A stretch of DNA of 64,000 bases from the NCBI GenBank assembly GCA_965197905.1, contig CBDAOB010000005.1, positions 1,184,001 to 1,248,000 of the forward strand, written 5' to 3'. The DNA comes from Candidatus Latescibacterota bacterium (GTDB lineage: Bacteria > Latescibacterota > UBA2968 > UBA8231). The notes beneath the pieces are model-generated. The model was given only the letters and a program-made list of their open reading frames with translations. It ran no database searches and was not told the origin of the DNA. Numbering within the stretch: the stretch's first letter is position 1; each line of letters opens with the position of its first letter. This document shows positions 49,225 to 58,118 of the stretch, piece after piece. The position numbers were made by a program, and so were the translations under genes.

Positions 49225-50256
49225 ATGGCAAGGCAATACAGAGTTGGGATAATGGGAGCCACAGGAGCGGTGGGGCAAGTAATGCTCGAGATTCTGAAGG
49301 AACGGCGTTTCCCACTCTCCGAGTTACGGTTGTTGGCTTCCCATAGATCGGCTGGACAGAGGGTCGAATTTTGCGGCCAGGAGTTGGTGGTGCAGGAGCT
49401 GGCGGTGGACTCGTTCGGAGGCCTCGACCTCGTCTTGGCCTCGGCGGGCGGCAAGCTGTCCAAGGAGTACAATCCACACGCCGTGAAGGCGGGGGCTGTG
49501 GTGGTGGATAACACCTCCGCGTTTCGGATGGATCCCGACGTGCCGCTGGTGGTGCCCGAAGTCAACGAGGCCGACCTCGCCGACCATAATGGCATTATCG
49601 CCAACCCTAACTGTTCCACGATTATCATGGTGGTCGCGATCTGGCCTCTTCATACAGTGGTTCCAGTCAGGCGCATGGTCGTATCCACCTATCAGGCGGT
49701 CAGTGGCGCCGGGGCGCGAGCGATGGACGAGCTCAGCGAGCAATTGCGGCAGGTTTTGGCCGGTGCTCCTGTAGAGCCGAAGGAATTTTCTCACCAGATC
49801 GCGCTGAATCTTTTTTCTCACGATTCGGACATCGGCCCTGAGGGATATTGTGAGGAGGAGATGAAGATGGTGAAGGAGACCCGCAAGATGTTCCATCGCG
49901 ATGATCTGAACATCACCGCGACGACCATACGCGTCCCGGTGATGCGGGCTCATTCCGAAGCGATCAATCTGGAATTTGAAATGCCGATGGAGGTCGAGGA
50001 AGCGCGATCCATCCTCGCTCGAGCACCTGGCGTGAAGATCGTTGATGATCGCGAAAGGAACTATTTCCCTATGCCGATCGAGGCCTCTGGCCAGGACGAG
50101 GTCTTGGTGGGGCGTATCCGGCAGGACATTTCCCAGGCCGACAACATGGGTCTCGATCTATGGGTCAGTGGCGATCAACTGCGGAAGGGTGCGGCGCTGA
50201 ACGCCGTTCAGATAGCTGAGCGGCTGGCGGATATGAAGGTGCTGCGGGCGGCGTAA
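49225..50256 (+). CDS. asd: Aspartate-semialdehyde dehydrogenase
   Basis: GATGAVG, IANPNCST, STYQAVSGAG, DQLRKGAALNAVQ. Confidence 0.97.
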   Translation: MARQYRVGIMGATGAVGQVMLEILKERRFPLSELRLLASHRSAGQRVEFCGQELVVQELAVDSFGGLDLVLASAGGKLSKEYNPHAVKAGAVVVDNTSAFRMDPDVPLVVPEVNEADLADHNGIIANPNCSTIIMVVAIWPLHTVVPVRRMVVSTYQAVSGAGARAMDELSEQLRQVLAGAPVEPKEFSHQIALNLFSHDSDIGPEGYCEEEMKMVKETRKMFHRDDLNITATTIRVPVMRAHSEAINLEFEMPMEVEEARSILARAPGVKIVDDRERNYFPMPIEASGQDEVLVGRIRQDISQADNMGLDLWVSGDQLRKGAALNAVQIAERLADMKVLRAA

Positions 50257-50287
50257 CGGGTCGGCTGGTGAGACGTGGAAGCTGAAT

Positions 50288-51430
50288 TCAGGGGAGGTCA
50301 CGCACACACACGTGATCGATAAATCGCTCGTAGAGATCCACCGCCTTGTGCAGCTGTTCTAGTAAAATCCACTCATCTGCGGTGTGGGCTTGCGCGATAT
50401 CGCCAGGACCCAGCACCACCAGTTGTGACATCTTCTTCACGTACGCCATTCCATCCGTTCCGTAAGACACCGTCCCCGCTTTGCGTTTCCCCGCCATTCT
50501 CAGGGCCGTCTGTACCAAGGGCGATTCCAGCGGAGTATAGAGCGGCAACCCGCCGCGGCGGATGCGGCATTTCAGTCCATTTTTTCGGGCACTGTCGGTG
50601 ATACGCCGGATTAGCGGTTCGGTATCGACTCCGGGCATGGGACGATAGAGAAGAAAACACTCGCTTCGTGCCGGATATATGTTGATGGCGACATTGTGGT
50701 CGTTGACGCTGATGTTCAGCTCGGAGTACGGCGGATCGAATTCCGGGTTGTAGTAGCGCTTGGACGTAAGCACCATCTTCCGAATCTTCAGGGCGTCACT
50801 CAGAAACGGAATCATCTTGAGGTTTGCGTTGACACCTTTGGTGGTGCTGGTATGAGCCGGCTTCCCCTTCGATGTCACCCAAGCCGAAAGACTGCCCTTG
50901 TGCGCGTGGACCACGCGCAGCATCGTCGGCTCGCATATGATTCCGTACCCTTCGGAGGCCTCCTTGAATAACCTCGAGTGCTGAACCACCTTCTTGGCGC
51001 CCGCCGCGTGGCGCTCTTCGTCACCCGTCACGATCAGATACAGCGGCGCCTTGAGATCTGCGGACTTGAAACGGGCAGCGGCGCAGAGGGTAGCGGCAAG
51101 CGGACCTTTCATGTCGCAAGAGCCACGTCCATACATTTTGTCGCCGGAGATCAATGCACGGTAGGGATCGCTGGTCCAGCCGTCCTCCATCGCTGCCGGA
51201 ACCGTATCGTCGTGACTCATGAGCGACAGGCCACCGGTGCCGTTGCCCAACTTCGCGATCATCGAAAGCTTCGGCGTCCCGAAGTCGTCCACATAAGGGA
51301 TCTCTTCGATCTCGAATCCCAGCTTGCTGGCGATTTCGATAACGTGCCGGGTGACTTCGACATTACTGGTGAGGCTGGGTGATTTGAATCCGACGAGATC
51401 TCGTGCGATTCGAATAACGTCCAGTTTCAC
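50288..51430 (-). CDS. M20 family deacylase (ArgE/DapE-like)
   Basis: SHDDTVP, GRGSCDMKG, DEE, CEPT, GPGDIAQAHTADE; AGGAGG RBS before GTG 51430. Confidence 0.88.
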   Translation of the reverse strand: MKLDVIRIARDLVGFKSPSLTSNVEVTRHVIEIASKLGFEIEEIPYVDDFGTPKLSMIAKLGNGTGGLSLMSHDDTVPAAMEDGWTSDPYRALISGDKMYGRGSCDMKGPLAATLCAAARFKSADLKAPLYLIVTGDEERHAAGAKKVVQHSRLFKEASEGYGIICEPTMLRVVHAHKGSLSAWVTSKGKPAHTSTTKGVNANLKMIPFLSDALKIRKMVLTSKRYYNPEFDPPYSELNISVNDHNVAINIYPARSECFLLYRPMPGVDTEPLIRRITDSARKNGLKCRIRRGGLPLYTPLESPLVQTALRMAGKRKAGTVSYGTDGMAYVKKMSQLVVLGPGDIAQAHTADEWILLEQLHKAVDLYERFIDHVCVRDLP

Positions 51431-51475
51431 ATGTCCTCCTTGCGAGGAAACGGCGAACAGACAGATGCAGAGGTG

Positions 51476-51521
51476 GTAAAACGGCGAGGGCCTGCTTCCC
51501 CACGGGTAAGCAGGCCCTCGC
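51476..51521 (-). terminator. Hairpin terminator after the DUF5069-like gene
   Basis: 14-bp inverted repeat GCGAGGGCCTGCTT/AAGCAGGCCCTCGC followed by CGTTTT on the minus strand. Confidence 0.7.
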
Positions 51522-51539
51522 AAACCTTGGACTTAATTC

Positions 51540-51977
51540 TCAGCCAGTGACGGCACCGTGAAATTCGGTCCAGTCTTCCAGGTTGTTAAGATTTACGGCG
51601 TCGAGGATCGAACCGTCGTCGCTGATGCCGGCGGCCGACAGGATTCCACCTCTGGTTCCGTCATCGTGATTATACCCTCTGATGGCGGAATTCGAGGCTT
51701 CGATCTCGCTGCTCGGAATGCTGCCACCACGCTGATCGAGGACCCACTTTTCGAACTGGGCGTAGGTAGGCAGGTTGTCTTTGATGTAGCTGATGGCGCT
51801 GTCGCGGTCGACCTTGAGGCCATCCAGCGCCATCTGATCGAATCCCTGTCCACACTCATCGTAGCTACTTTCCAGTTGGCCTTTGGCGCTCAACAGAACC
51901 TTCGACCACAATCGCGGCAGGTGGATAGCACCAAGCGGTCCTGAGAGATCCGAACTGATTAGGGGAATCTGTGCCAT
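51540..51977 (-). CDS. DUF5069-like protein
   Basis: GPLG..HLPRLW.K, GFDQM.L..L, PTY.QFE.WV, LNNLEDW..FH; AAAGGAGG RBS. Confidence 0.7.
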   Translation of the reverse strand: MAQIPLISSDLSGPLGAIHLPRLWSKVLLSAKGQLESSYDECGQGFDQMALDGLKVDRDSAISYIKDNLPTYAQFEKWVLDQRGGSIPSSEIEASNSAIRGYNHDDGTRGGILSAAGISDDGSILDAVNLNNLEDWTEFHGAVTG

Positions 51978-52040
51978 GATAGTCCTCCTTTAGGTGGGTT
52001 GGGCAGCACTAATCGCGCCGATATTTGATGTAGGGTTCGT

Positions 52041-52069
52041 ACTATAGCTTAGCTAGCGGTGCGTGTCAA
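52041..52069 (-). promoter_or_regulatory. Sigma70 promoter
   Basis: Minus strand TTGACA-17nt-TATAGT. Confidence 0.78.
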
Positions 52070-52079
52070 TCAAATCTCG

Positions 52080-53489
52080 TCATGAGCGGTCCGCACGCCT
52101 GGAGTGCCCTGCGAGCGAGCCCCAAGGGCCGTGTACTGCCAGGGTCATCCCCGGCCACTGAATGTTCACGAACAAGGTGGTCGCATCCGGGGAGAAAGTG
52201 GCTCCCGCGAACTCCGAATTGTTCATCGCATTGCGCGCAAACTTGTAGATGTTGCCTCCAGGAGTTACCCCAACCATGAACTGTTCCTCCGGGCCGTCCT
52301 CGCAAAGCAGCAGGTCGCCCCATGGCGATACCGCCAGGTTATCGGCGTTGTCCACCAAAGCGGAATCGTTCGGTTCGATGAAGAGTTCAAGGGTGCCCGG
52401 CTTCTCATCTTCTTCTGGGGAGCCCTCGTGGATGCTGGGTTCGTAGCGCCACACCTGCCCTTTTAGCGTCTTGCCCCCGCTAGTGCAGATAAAATACATC
52501 GCCCCATTACCATAAGCGATTCCTTCGCCCCGCGCGAAGCGGGCGGCCCCGTTGGCGAAACCCTGAAATCGGAGATCGTCGTCGGGTGCCTGCACGTTCT
52601 CGATGTCGATCCAGCGTACCGGTATTGTTGTGCCGGGCAAGACGTTCTGCGCCTCCCAATTTCTGGTGTCCAGGCTCTTCGCATCTCGTGTAGCGAGCGC
52701 CTGAAGTCTGCCGCCTTCGTGGAGAGCGCCTTGGCGGTGAGGAATAAAACGGTAGAAGAGACCATCGCCGCGATCCTCGGTTTCGTAGACGATCCCGGTA
52801 TTCGGATCCACCGCCACCGCTTCATGTACGAATCGGCCCATGGCTTTCAAGGGGTTGGGCGTGGTGACGCCACGCTCACCTGCGGGAACCTCAAAGTTGA
52901 ATCCGTGATCCTGCTCGAAGGTCTCTCCCGATCTTTGCGGCGTCTCCTCGCAGCTTATATAACTGTTCCAGGGGGTTGGGCCGCCGGCGCAATTGCGCAC
53001 GGTGCCGGCGAGGCTCAGATGGTGATGCTCGAGGCGGCGAGATCGCGTGTTGTAGGTCATGGTTGTGGTCCCGCCGAGACATGGCAGCGACCGGCGACCA
53101 CCGTCAAACAGGGCTTCCCAGGGACGGCCAGCCAAGAGTTCGTTGCTGTCGCCGAACGCTCCATTGCCCACCGATCCGGGGGTCAGCTCGTGGTTGCAAA
53201 TCAACATGGTGTTCTCGCCGGCTCCGGCAAAGGCGGCCATTCCATCCTGACCAGCCGGCACCAGCAGGCCGTCGTCCATCTGGCGCCCGGCTACCGAGAC
53301 AACGCTGTAATCGAAGCCCGGAAGCAGGTCGACCACACCGATGGGGTCGGGAACAGGATCGGGAAACGGCAGGTTCGGAACGGCCTGCGTGGCGCTGCAG
53401 TAACCCGCTTCAACGAGGTGGCGCAGGCCGAGAAATCCCATCGTCGCAGCAGTGGAGGTTTTGAGAAACTGGCGCCTCGCAAGACTCAT
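52080..53489 (-). CDS. phoX: PhoX/DUF839 alkaline phosphatase, Tat-exported
   Basis: RRQFLK Tat motif; DGMAAF, NHE, NCAGG.TPW...SCEE, GRFVHEA, EFAGATFSPD. Confidence 0.88.
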   Translation of the reverse strand: MSLARRQFLKTSTAATMGFLGLRHLVEAGYCSATQAVPNLPFPDPVPDPIGVVDLLPGFDYSVVSVAGRQMDDGLLVPAGQDGMAAFAGAGENTMLICNHELTPGSVGNGAFGDSNELLAGRPWEALFDGGRRSLPCLGGTTTMTYNTRSRRLEHHHLSLAGTVRNCAGGPTPWNSYISCEETPQRSGETFEQDHGFNFEVPAGERGVTTPNPLKAMGRFVHEAVAVDPNTGIVYETEDRGDGLFYRFIPHRQGALHEGGRLQALATRDAKSLDTRNWEAQNVLPGTTIPVRWIDIENVQAPDDDLRFQGFANGAARFARGEGIAYGNGAMYFICTSGGKTLKGQVWRYEPSIHEGSPEEDEKPGTLELFIEPNDSALVDNADNLAVSPWGDLLLCEDGPEEQFMVGVTPGGNIYKFARNAMNNSEFAGATFSPDATTLFVNIQWPGMTLAVHGPWGSLAGHSRRADRS

Positions 53490-53578
53490 CAGTAGACTTG
53501 CCTTTCTGTCGGGATTTAATGTCGACGGTGTTAAATCTAAACACAAAGGTGATGTCCAACCATCGCGGGGATCTGAGC

Positions 53579-55594
53579 ATGGAGGGTCTGCAAAGCCGTT
53601 TTGAAGATGTGGACAACGACGGGGACCGAGAGGTAGTGGTGCAGAATCGATGGATCCGCGTAGAGCTGCGCGTTCCCCAACATCTCGGATACTCGTTCTA
53701 CAAGCGGCGCTTCACCTGGGGAGGCAGGCTGCAATCCCTGGTCTACAGACCGACAGGAACCGAATACTTTCTCACCCGCATGATAGATTTGGAAGGCATC
53801 AACCCTTTCGGCCTTCCCGACGAGTTGTTCCAAAGCTTCGAGTTTGACGACTCAGACGGCGAAAAACGAATCTTGAAGATGGGCGTGGGCATCTTCCGCT
53901 CAAAGGTCGGCGAGGATGGTTTCGAACCGCTGCCGTGGAGCTGGTATCAGGAGGAGGACGGGGATGAGCTGGTTGTCGCCTTTCGCCAGGACGTACGCGA
54001 TATAGGTCCTTACAGCTACGTTTACGAAAAACGATACCGGTTTCGTCCGGATGCCGCCTGGTTCGCCATGGATGTGACCCTCGAGAACCGCGGATCCGGC
54101 ACCATCGCCACTTCCTGGGACATCCACTCCTTTCATAAAGCCGGAGTGCCACCGAACACGTCCTGGCTGGTTGCGCCGAAAAACTGCTGGTCCAGCTGCG
54201 GTACCAGCCGGGTTCGCACGACCCTCAAGGAAGCGAGTCCCATAATGGCCACTCCGGAGACTCGCGAGATGGTGTCCGATAGGATCGTTTGGGACACCGA
54301 CGGAACGCCCTGGTGGTACGCGCTGGGGCCGGGCGACGGAGACGAATTCTATCTGCTGCGGGCGCGCTTCGAACCGTATTGGGGCATGTTCTGGGCGGGC
54401 TACGACGCGTTTACGCCGCAGGGGATCAACAACGTCGAGGTTCCGGCTGGCGATCGCGCCACCTGGGGATTTGACGTGACGCTCGGAGTGGGCGGCCGAA
54501 ACTTTGTTGCCGCCGCCGAGGATTCTGGTGTGACGATTGACCTGGATAGAGGCTCAGCAACGGTCTCCGTCCACGTGGCCTCCGAGCGCCAGGGAAAGCT
54601 GAGCGTTCAAGTGGCCGACCAGAGTGGACGATTACTCGCTCGCGAGCGCAGCGACAGGGCGGCACCGGAACGTCCGTTGACGTTGGATATAGACCTTCCC
54701 GATGAAGAGGACTTCTGCCAATTCGCCGTTACCTATGAAACTCCCTCGAGAATGCCGCTGCAGGTGGAAGAGATCCTGCCCCTGGGCCCGTCCCGACCCA
54801 CCTCCCATTTGCCGTTCGACGCCAGTGGTACCCGCGTTTTCGTGGCCGTGAGCCACGAGCTCGATCATCCCGAAGCGGATGGCCGATACCTGTGGTGTCA
54901 CGGCACCCAATCTGGTTTCGACGTTGACTGGCAAGGTAGTGGGCAAAGGATCCCGAGCGATATGACAGAGGTAGGTGTCGTCTGTCTGGTCGGCGACGCC
55001 TGGCCACCGACGGCGATCGACCGGCTCGTGCGATGGATTGAGTCTGGAGGGGGTCTGCTGCTGTGCGCCCCGTTTGGTGATCTTGCCTCCGGGCTTGGGT
55101 CGATCCTGCCAATGGTGCCCCTGGCAGCGCAGGACTCCGCGTTGCCCAGCACCCACGTCGTCCAGGGCACCGGGATGCCGCGGTACTCCGAAGCGGAATG
55201 GCGGGCGACCGAGGTGGGCGGGGAACTTCAGTTCGAGCGCCGGATCCACTGGGGCATCGAAGAGGTTGCCCCGGTCGTTGGCTTGCAGGCGGGCACCCCG
55301 CACCTGGTGGCGCGGAACCTCATGCTGGAACCTGACGCCAAGGTTCGCATCGGCCATTGGCAAGTCTGCCAACCCGGCCCCGAGTGTATCGTGCCTTTGC
55401 GTTACACCGATCCGGCGGGTAGTCCCGCCGTAGGCCTGGGTCAGATTGGTCTAGGCCGGGTAGCGGTGGTGGCGAGTCGCCCGGCCTGGGGCTCGCACTA
55501 CCACAAGGTCGTCTGGGATGGATGGGGACAGTACCACCGGGCGTTCTTTGCCGGCCTCATGGGTTGGCTCGCAGGTGTTTGGGAGGAAACATGA
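53579..55594 (+). CDS. Hypothetical protein (mutarotase-like beta-rich N-terminus plus GATase-like C-terminal domain)
   Basis: Long ORF; WGGRLQSL, aromatic beta-rich N-half, WIESGGGLLL and G.GRVAV C-terminal pattern. Confidence 0.6.
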   Translation: MEGLQSRFEDVDNDGDREVVVQNRWIRVELRVPQHLGYSFYKRRFTWGGRLQSLVYRPTGTEYFLTRMIDLEGINPFGLPDELFQSFEFDDSDGEKRILKMGVGIFRSKVGEDGFEPLPWSWYQEEDGDELVVAFRQDVRDIGPYSYVYEKRYRFRPDAAWFAMDVTLENRGSGTIATSWDIHSFHKAGVPPNTSWLVAPKNCWSSCGTSRVRTTLKEASPIMATPETREMVSDRIVWDTDGTPWWYALGPGDGDEFYLLRARFEPYWGMFWAGYDAFTPQGINNVEVPAGDRATWGFDVTLGVGGRNFVAAAEDSGVTIDLDRGSATVSVHVASERQGKLSVQVADQSGRLLARERSDRAAPERPLTLDIDLPDEEDFCQFAVTYETPSRMPLQVEEILPLGPSRPTSHLPFDASGTRVFVAVSHELDHPEADGRYLWCHGTQSGFDVDWQGSGQRIPSDMTEVGVVCLVGDAWPPTAIDRLVRWIESGGGLLLCAPFGDLASGLGSILPMVPLAAQDSALPSTHVVQGTGMPRYSEAEWRATEVGGELQFERRIHWGIEEVAPVVGLQAGTPHLVARNLMLEPDAKVRIGHWQVCQPGPECIVPLRYTDPAGSPAVGLGQIGLGRVAVVASRPAWGSHYHKVVWDGWGQYHRAFFAGLMGWLAGVWEET

Positions 55595-56886
55595 TCCGCC
55601 GGCGACATGGACTGTTGCTTCTCGCCATGCTTGCGCTTCAGGCTTCCGCCGGCGCGGAGTCCGAGGCGAGATTCGAATCACTCGGAGACTCGCTGGAAAC
55701 CCTGCTGACCGACAACCTGATTCCGTTCTGGTATCCGGGCGTCGTCGATCTAGCCCGCGGCGGTTACAGATTGAACCACGACAGCAGCGGGCGTTACCTG
55801 GGGCCTGCGGCGAAGCAGATCGAGAGTCAGGCGGGGACCTTGTGGTTCTTTGCACGTCTCGCCCGAAGTCCTTTCGGCACCGAGCAGCATCTTGCCGCCG
55901 CCCGGCACGGGTTTGAGTTCCTTCGGGATCGCATGTGGGACCGCGAGTTCGGAGGTTTCTTCTGGGAAATCGATTCGACGGCCGCGGTTGCCAGCAAACC
56001 CCACAAAGAGATCGGGGCGCAAGCCAGGGCACTTAACGCACTGTCCCAGTTCATTATGGCCACCGCCGACTCCAACGCGTCGCAGCTTGCCTCAGCGCTG
56101 TTCCGGCGTTTGGAACAGCATGGTTACGATCGAATACACGGCGGGTATCGCGAATTCTTCCGACGCGATTGGGGCGCCATGCCAGACCAGATCAGGTCGT
56201 ATTCGGGGTTGCGAACTGACGACAGATCGCTGCGGACTCATCTCCAACTCACCGAAGCCTTCGCGGCCTATTATCAGGTGACGGCGGACGAGCTGGTCCG
56301 CGATAGACTGATAGAGTTGATCCTGATACAGATCAACGCCATGGGTGATTCAAGCCTTACCTACGATCAAACCTGGCGGCCGCGCTCTGATCCTGAGAAT
56401 CGGGTTCGCTCACCAGGTCATGACCTAGAAGCTATCTGGGTGGTCGCGGAGGCGTGCCGCGCGGCTGGTCTTCCTGTGTGTCCGTTCGTTCCCCGATTCT
56501 CTCGAGAAGTCAGCCACGCGATCGAACGCGGTTTCGATCGAACAGACGGGGGGTTCGTATCATTCGTGCCCGGTCGGGGCCAAACTGGACACAAGGTTTG
56601 GTGGCAACAGGCAGAGGGGTTGGTGGCCACGCTTTACCTCTACAATCTCACCGGCGAAGAGGATTATTTGAACGTCTTCGTGGGCACCCTTGGCTGGATT
56701 CTGAACGCTCAAGCGGATCGCCGACGCGGCGGGTGGCATGCGATAGTGGATCGGGAAGCAGCCCTTGAAGAGAAAAAGGCGAGTACCCGAAAAACGCCCT
56801 TCGAAACCGGCCGAGCCTTGTTTCGAACACTGGAGATCGTCGAGGTCCTAGGCCGGGATGGAACGCCAAGCGGCGCAAAACGGTGA
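55591..56886 (+). CDS. AGE/cellobiose 2-epimerase family protein with signal peptide
   Basis: LIPFW, MWDREFGGFFW, GGYREFF..DW, SPGHDLE, WWQQAEG. Confidence 0.82.
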   Translation: MIRRRHGLLLLAMLALQASAGAESEARFESLGDSLETLLTDNLIPFWYPGVVDLARGGYRLNHDSSGRYLGPAAKQIESQAGTLWFFARLARSPFGTEQHLAAARHGFEFLRDRMWDREFGGFFWEIDSTAAVASKPHKEIGAQARALNALSQFIMATADSNASQLASALFRRLEQHGYDRIHGGYREFFRRDWGAMPDQIRSYSGLRTDDRSLRTHLQLTEAFAAYYQVTADELVRDRLIELILIQINAMGDSSLTYDQTWRPRSDPENRVRSPGHDLEAIWVVAEACRAAGLPVCPFVPRFSREVSHAIERGFDRTDGGFVSFVPGRGQTGHKVWWQQAEGLVATLYLYNLTGEEDYLNVFVGTLGWILNAQADRRRGGWHAIVDREAALEEKKASTRKTPFETGRALFRTLEIVEVLGRDGTPSGAKR

Positions 56887-56947
56887 TTTTCGAGGCAATG
56901 TGACCGCATTCAGGCCCCGTGGCAAACCGCGCATAATCAATTTGCGA

Positions 56948-56977
56948 TTGACAGGTCCGGACTTTGTAAGTATTAAT
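56948..56977 (+). promoter_or_regulatory. Possible sigma70 promoter
   Basis: TTGACA then TATTAAT after 17 nt, in an AT-rich intergenic region. Confidence 0.55.
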
Positions 56978-57077
56978 TAATAATACACTAACGACGAAAC
57001 AACAGACATTCCTGCCGCGGAATTTTCACTTATTCAGAGCTCCCCGCGGTCGGCAAGCGCGACGGAAAGCACCCTAG

Positions 57078-58040
57078 ATGGCACCGCCAGCCAGCGATAG
57101 TCTAATCAAGGTAATAGGCAAGATTCCTCTTCTCAGGGGTCTGTCACCCACCCAGCTACGTTCGATCATCGGAATCTGCGAGCATCGAGTTTTGAACGAG
57201 GGGGAGCTGCTTTGCAAGGCAGATTCGGCCGCCGACGAGATGTACATCCTGGTCGCAGGCGAATGTGGCCTTGTGGGAACGGAAAGCGAGATCATCAAGG
57301 AGATTGCTCCGGTTTCGACGGTTGGAGATGCGTCGCTACTAACCGGCGTCGGGCACCCAGCTAACATCCGGGTGTCGAAGCAAAGCCATATCTTCGCCCT
57401 GACCAAGTTCCAGCTAGACCGAACGCTGAGGCGCGACCTGGATATGCAGGTCAAAATCTATCGGAACCTGAGCGAAACTCTGGCTTCCTCTATGGGAAAC
57501 GAGGAAACCCTGCTCGAGGTGAACAAGAAGGAGAAGGACCGGTACGAGGTGCGTATCGCTTCCCTCGAGCGCCAACTCGGGAATCACACCCGCAAGATCG
57601 ACCTGGTCTTGGAACTGCTCGGGTCGCGTGCGGAGATGTCGAAGGACGAGGTCGATCTATATCTGCAGGAAAGGTTGAAAGACCTCGTGCCGCGGATTCT
57701 CGTGGTGGACGACGAAGCGGATTTTCGGCGATTTGCCAAGGAGGCTCTCGACTCCTTCTCCGTTTTGGAGGCCCAGAGCGGGAAAGAGGCCCTTCAGATC
57801 GTGCGCGAGGAACAGTTCGATCTGGTCATCGCCGACATCCGAATGCCCGAGATGGACGGATACTCGTTGCTGGCCAATCTGCGTACCTATTCACCGAACC
57901 TGCGGGTCGTGGCTGTGTCGGGTTACCTAGGGACCGAGGAAATCAGCGATTATGAATTCAATGGGTTCATCGATAAACCGATGGGGCCAGAACGTCTTCA
58001 GGAGGTGGTCGAAGCAACCCTCAAGCAGAACTACAATTGA
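57078..58040 (+). CDS. cNMP-binding-like domain plus coiled coil plus receiver domain protein
   Basis: IPLLRGLS..QL, MYILVAGE (CAP-like); ILVVDDE, IADIRMPEMDG, SG, KP (REC). Confidence 0.85.
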   Translation: MAPPASDSLIKVIGKIPLLRGLSPTQLRSIIGICEHRVLNEGELLCKADSAADEMYILVAGECGLVGTESEIIKEIAPVSTVGDASLLTGVGHPANIRVSKQSHIFALTKFQLDRTLRRDLDMQVKIYRNLSETLASSMGNEETLLEVNKKEKDRYEVRIASLERQLGNHTRKIDLVLELLGSRAEMSKDEVDLYLQERLKDLVPRILVVDDEADFRRFAKEALDSFSVLEAQSGKEALQIVREEQFDLVIADIRMPEMDGYSLLANLRTYSPNLRVVAVSGYLGTEEISDYEFNGFIDKPMGPERLQEVVEATLKQNYN

Positions 58041-58118
58041 GGAAGGTAAGCGTACCTTCGATCAGGACTCCCAGAAGCCCCAACCACTGAGCTGTACTCA
58101 CAGCAACTCGATAGACAG

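Noticed and set aside
53490..53560. Pho box upstream of phoX
   Set aside because: TTAACA-like elements lack clear 11-bp periodicity
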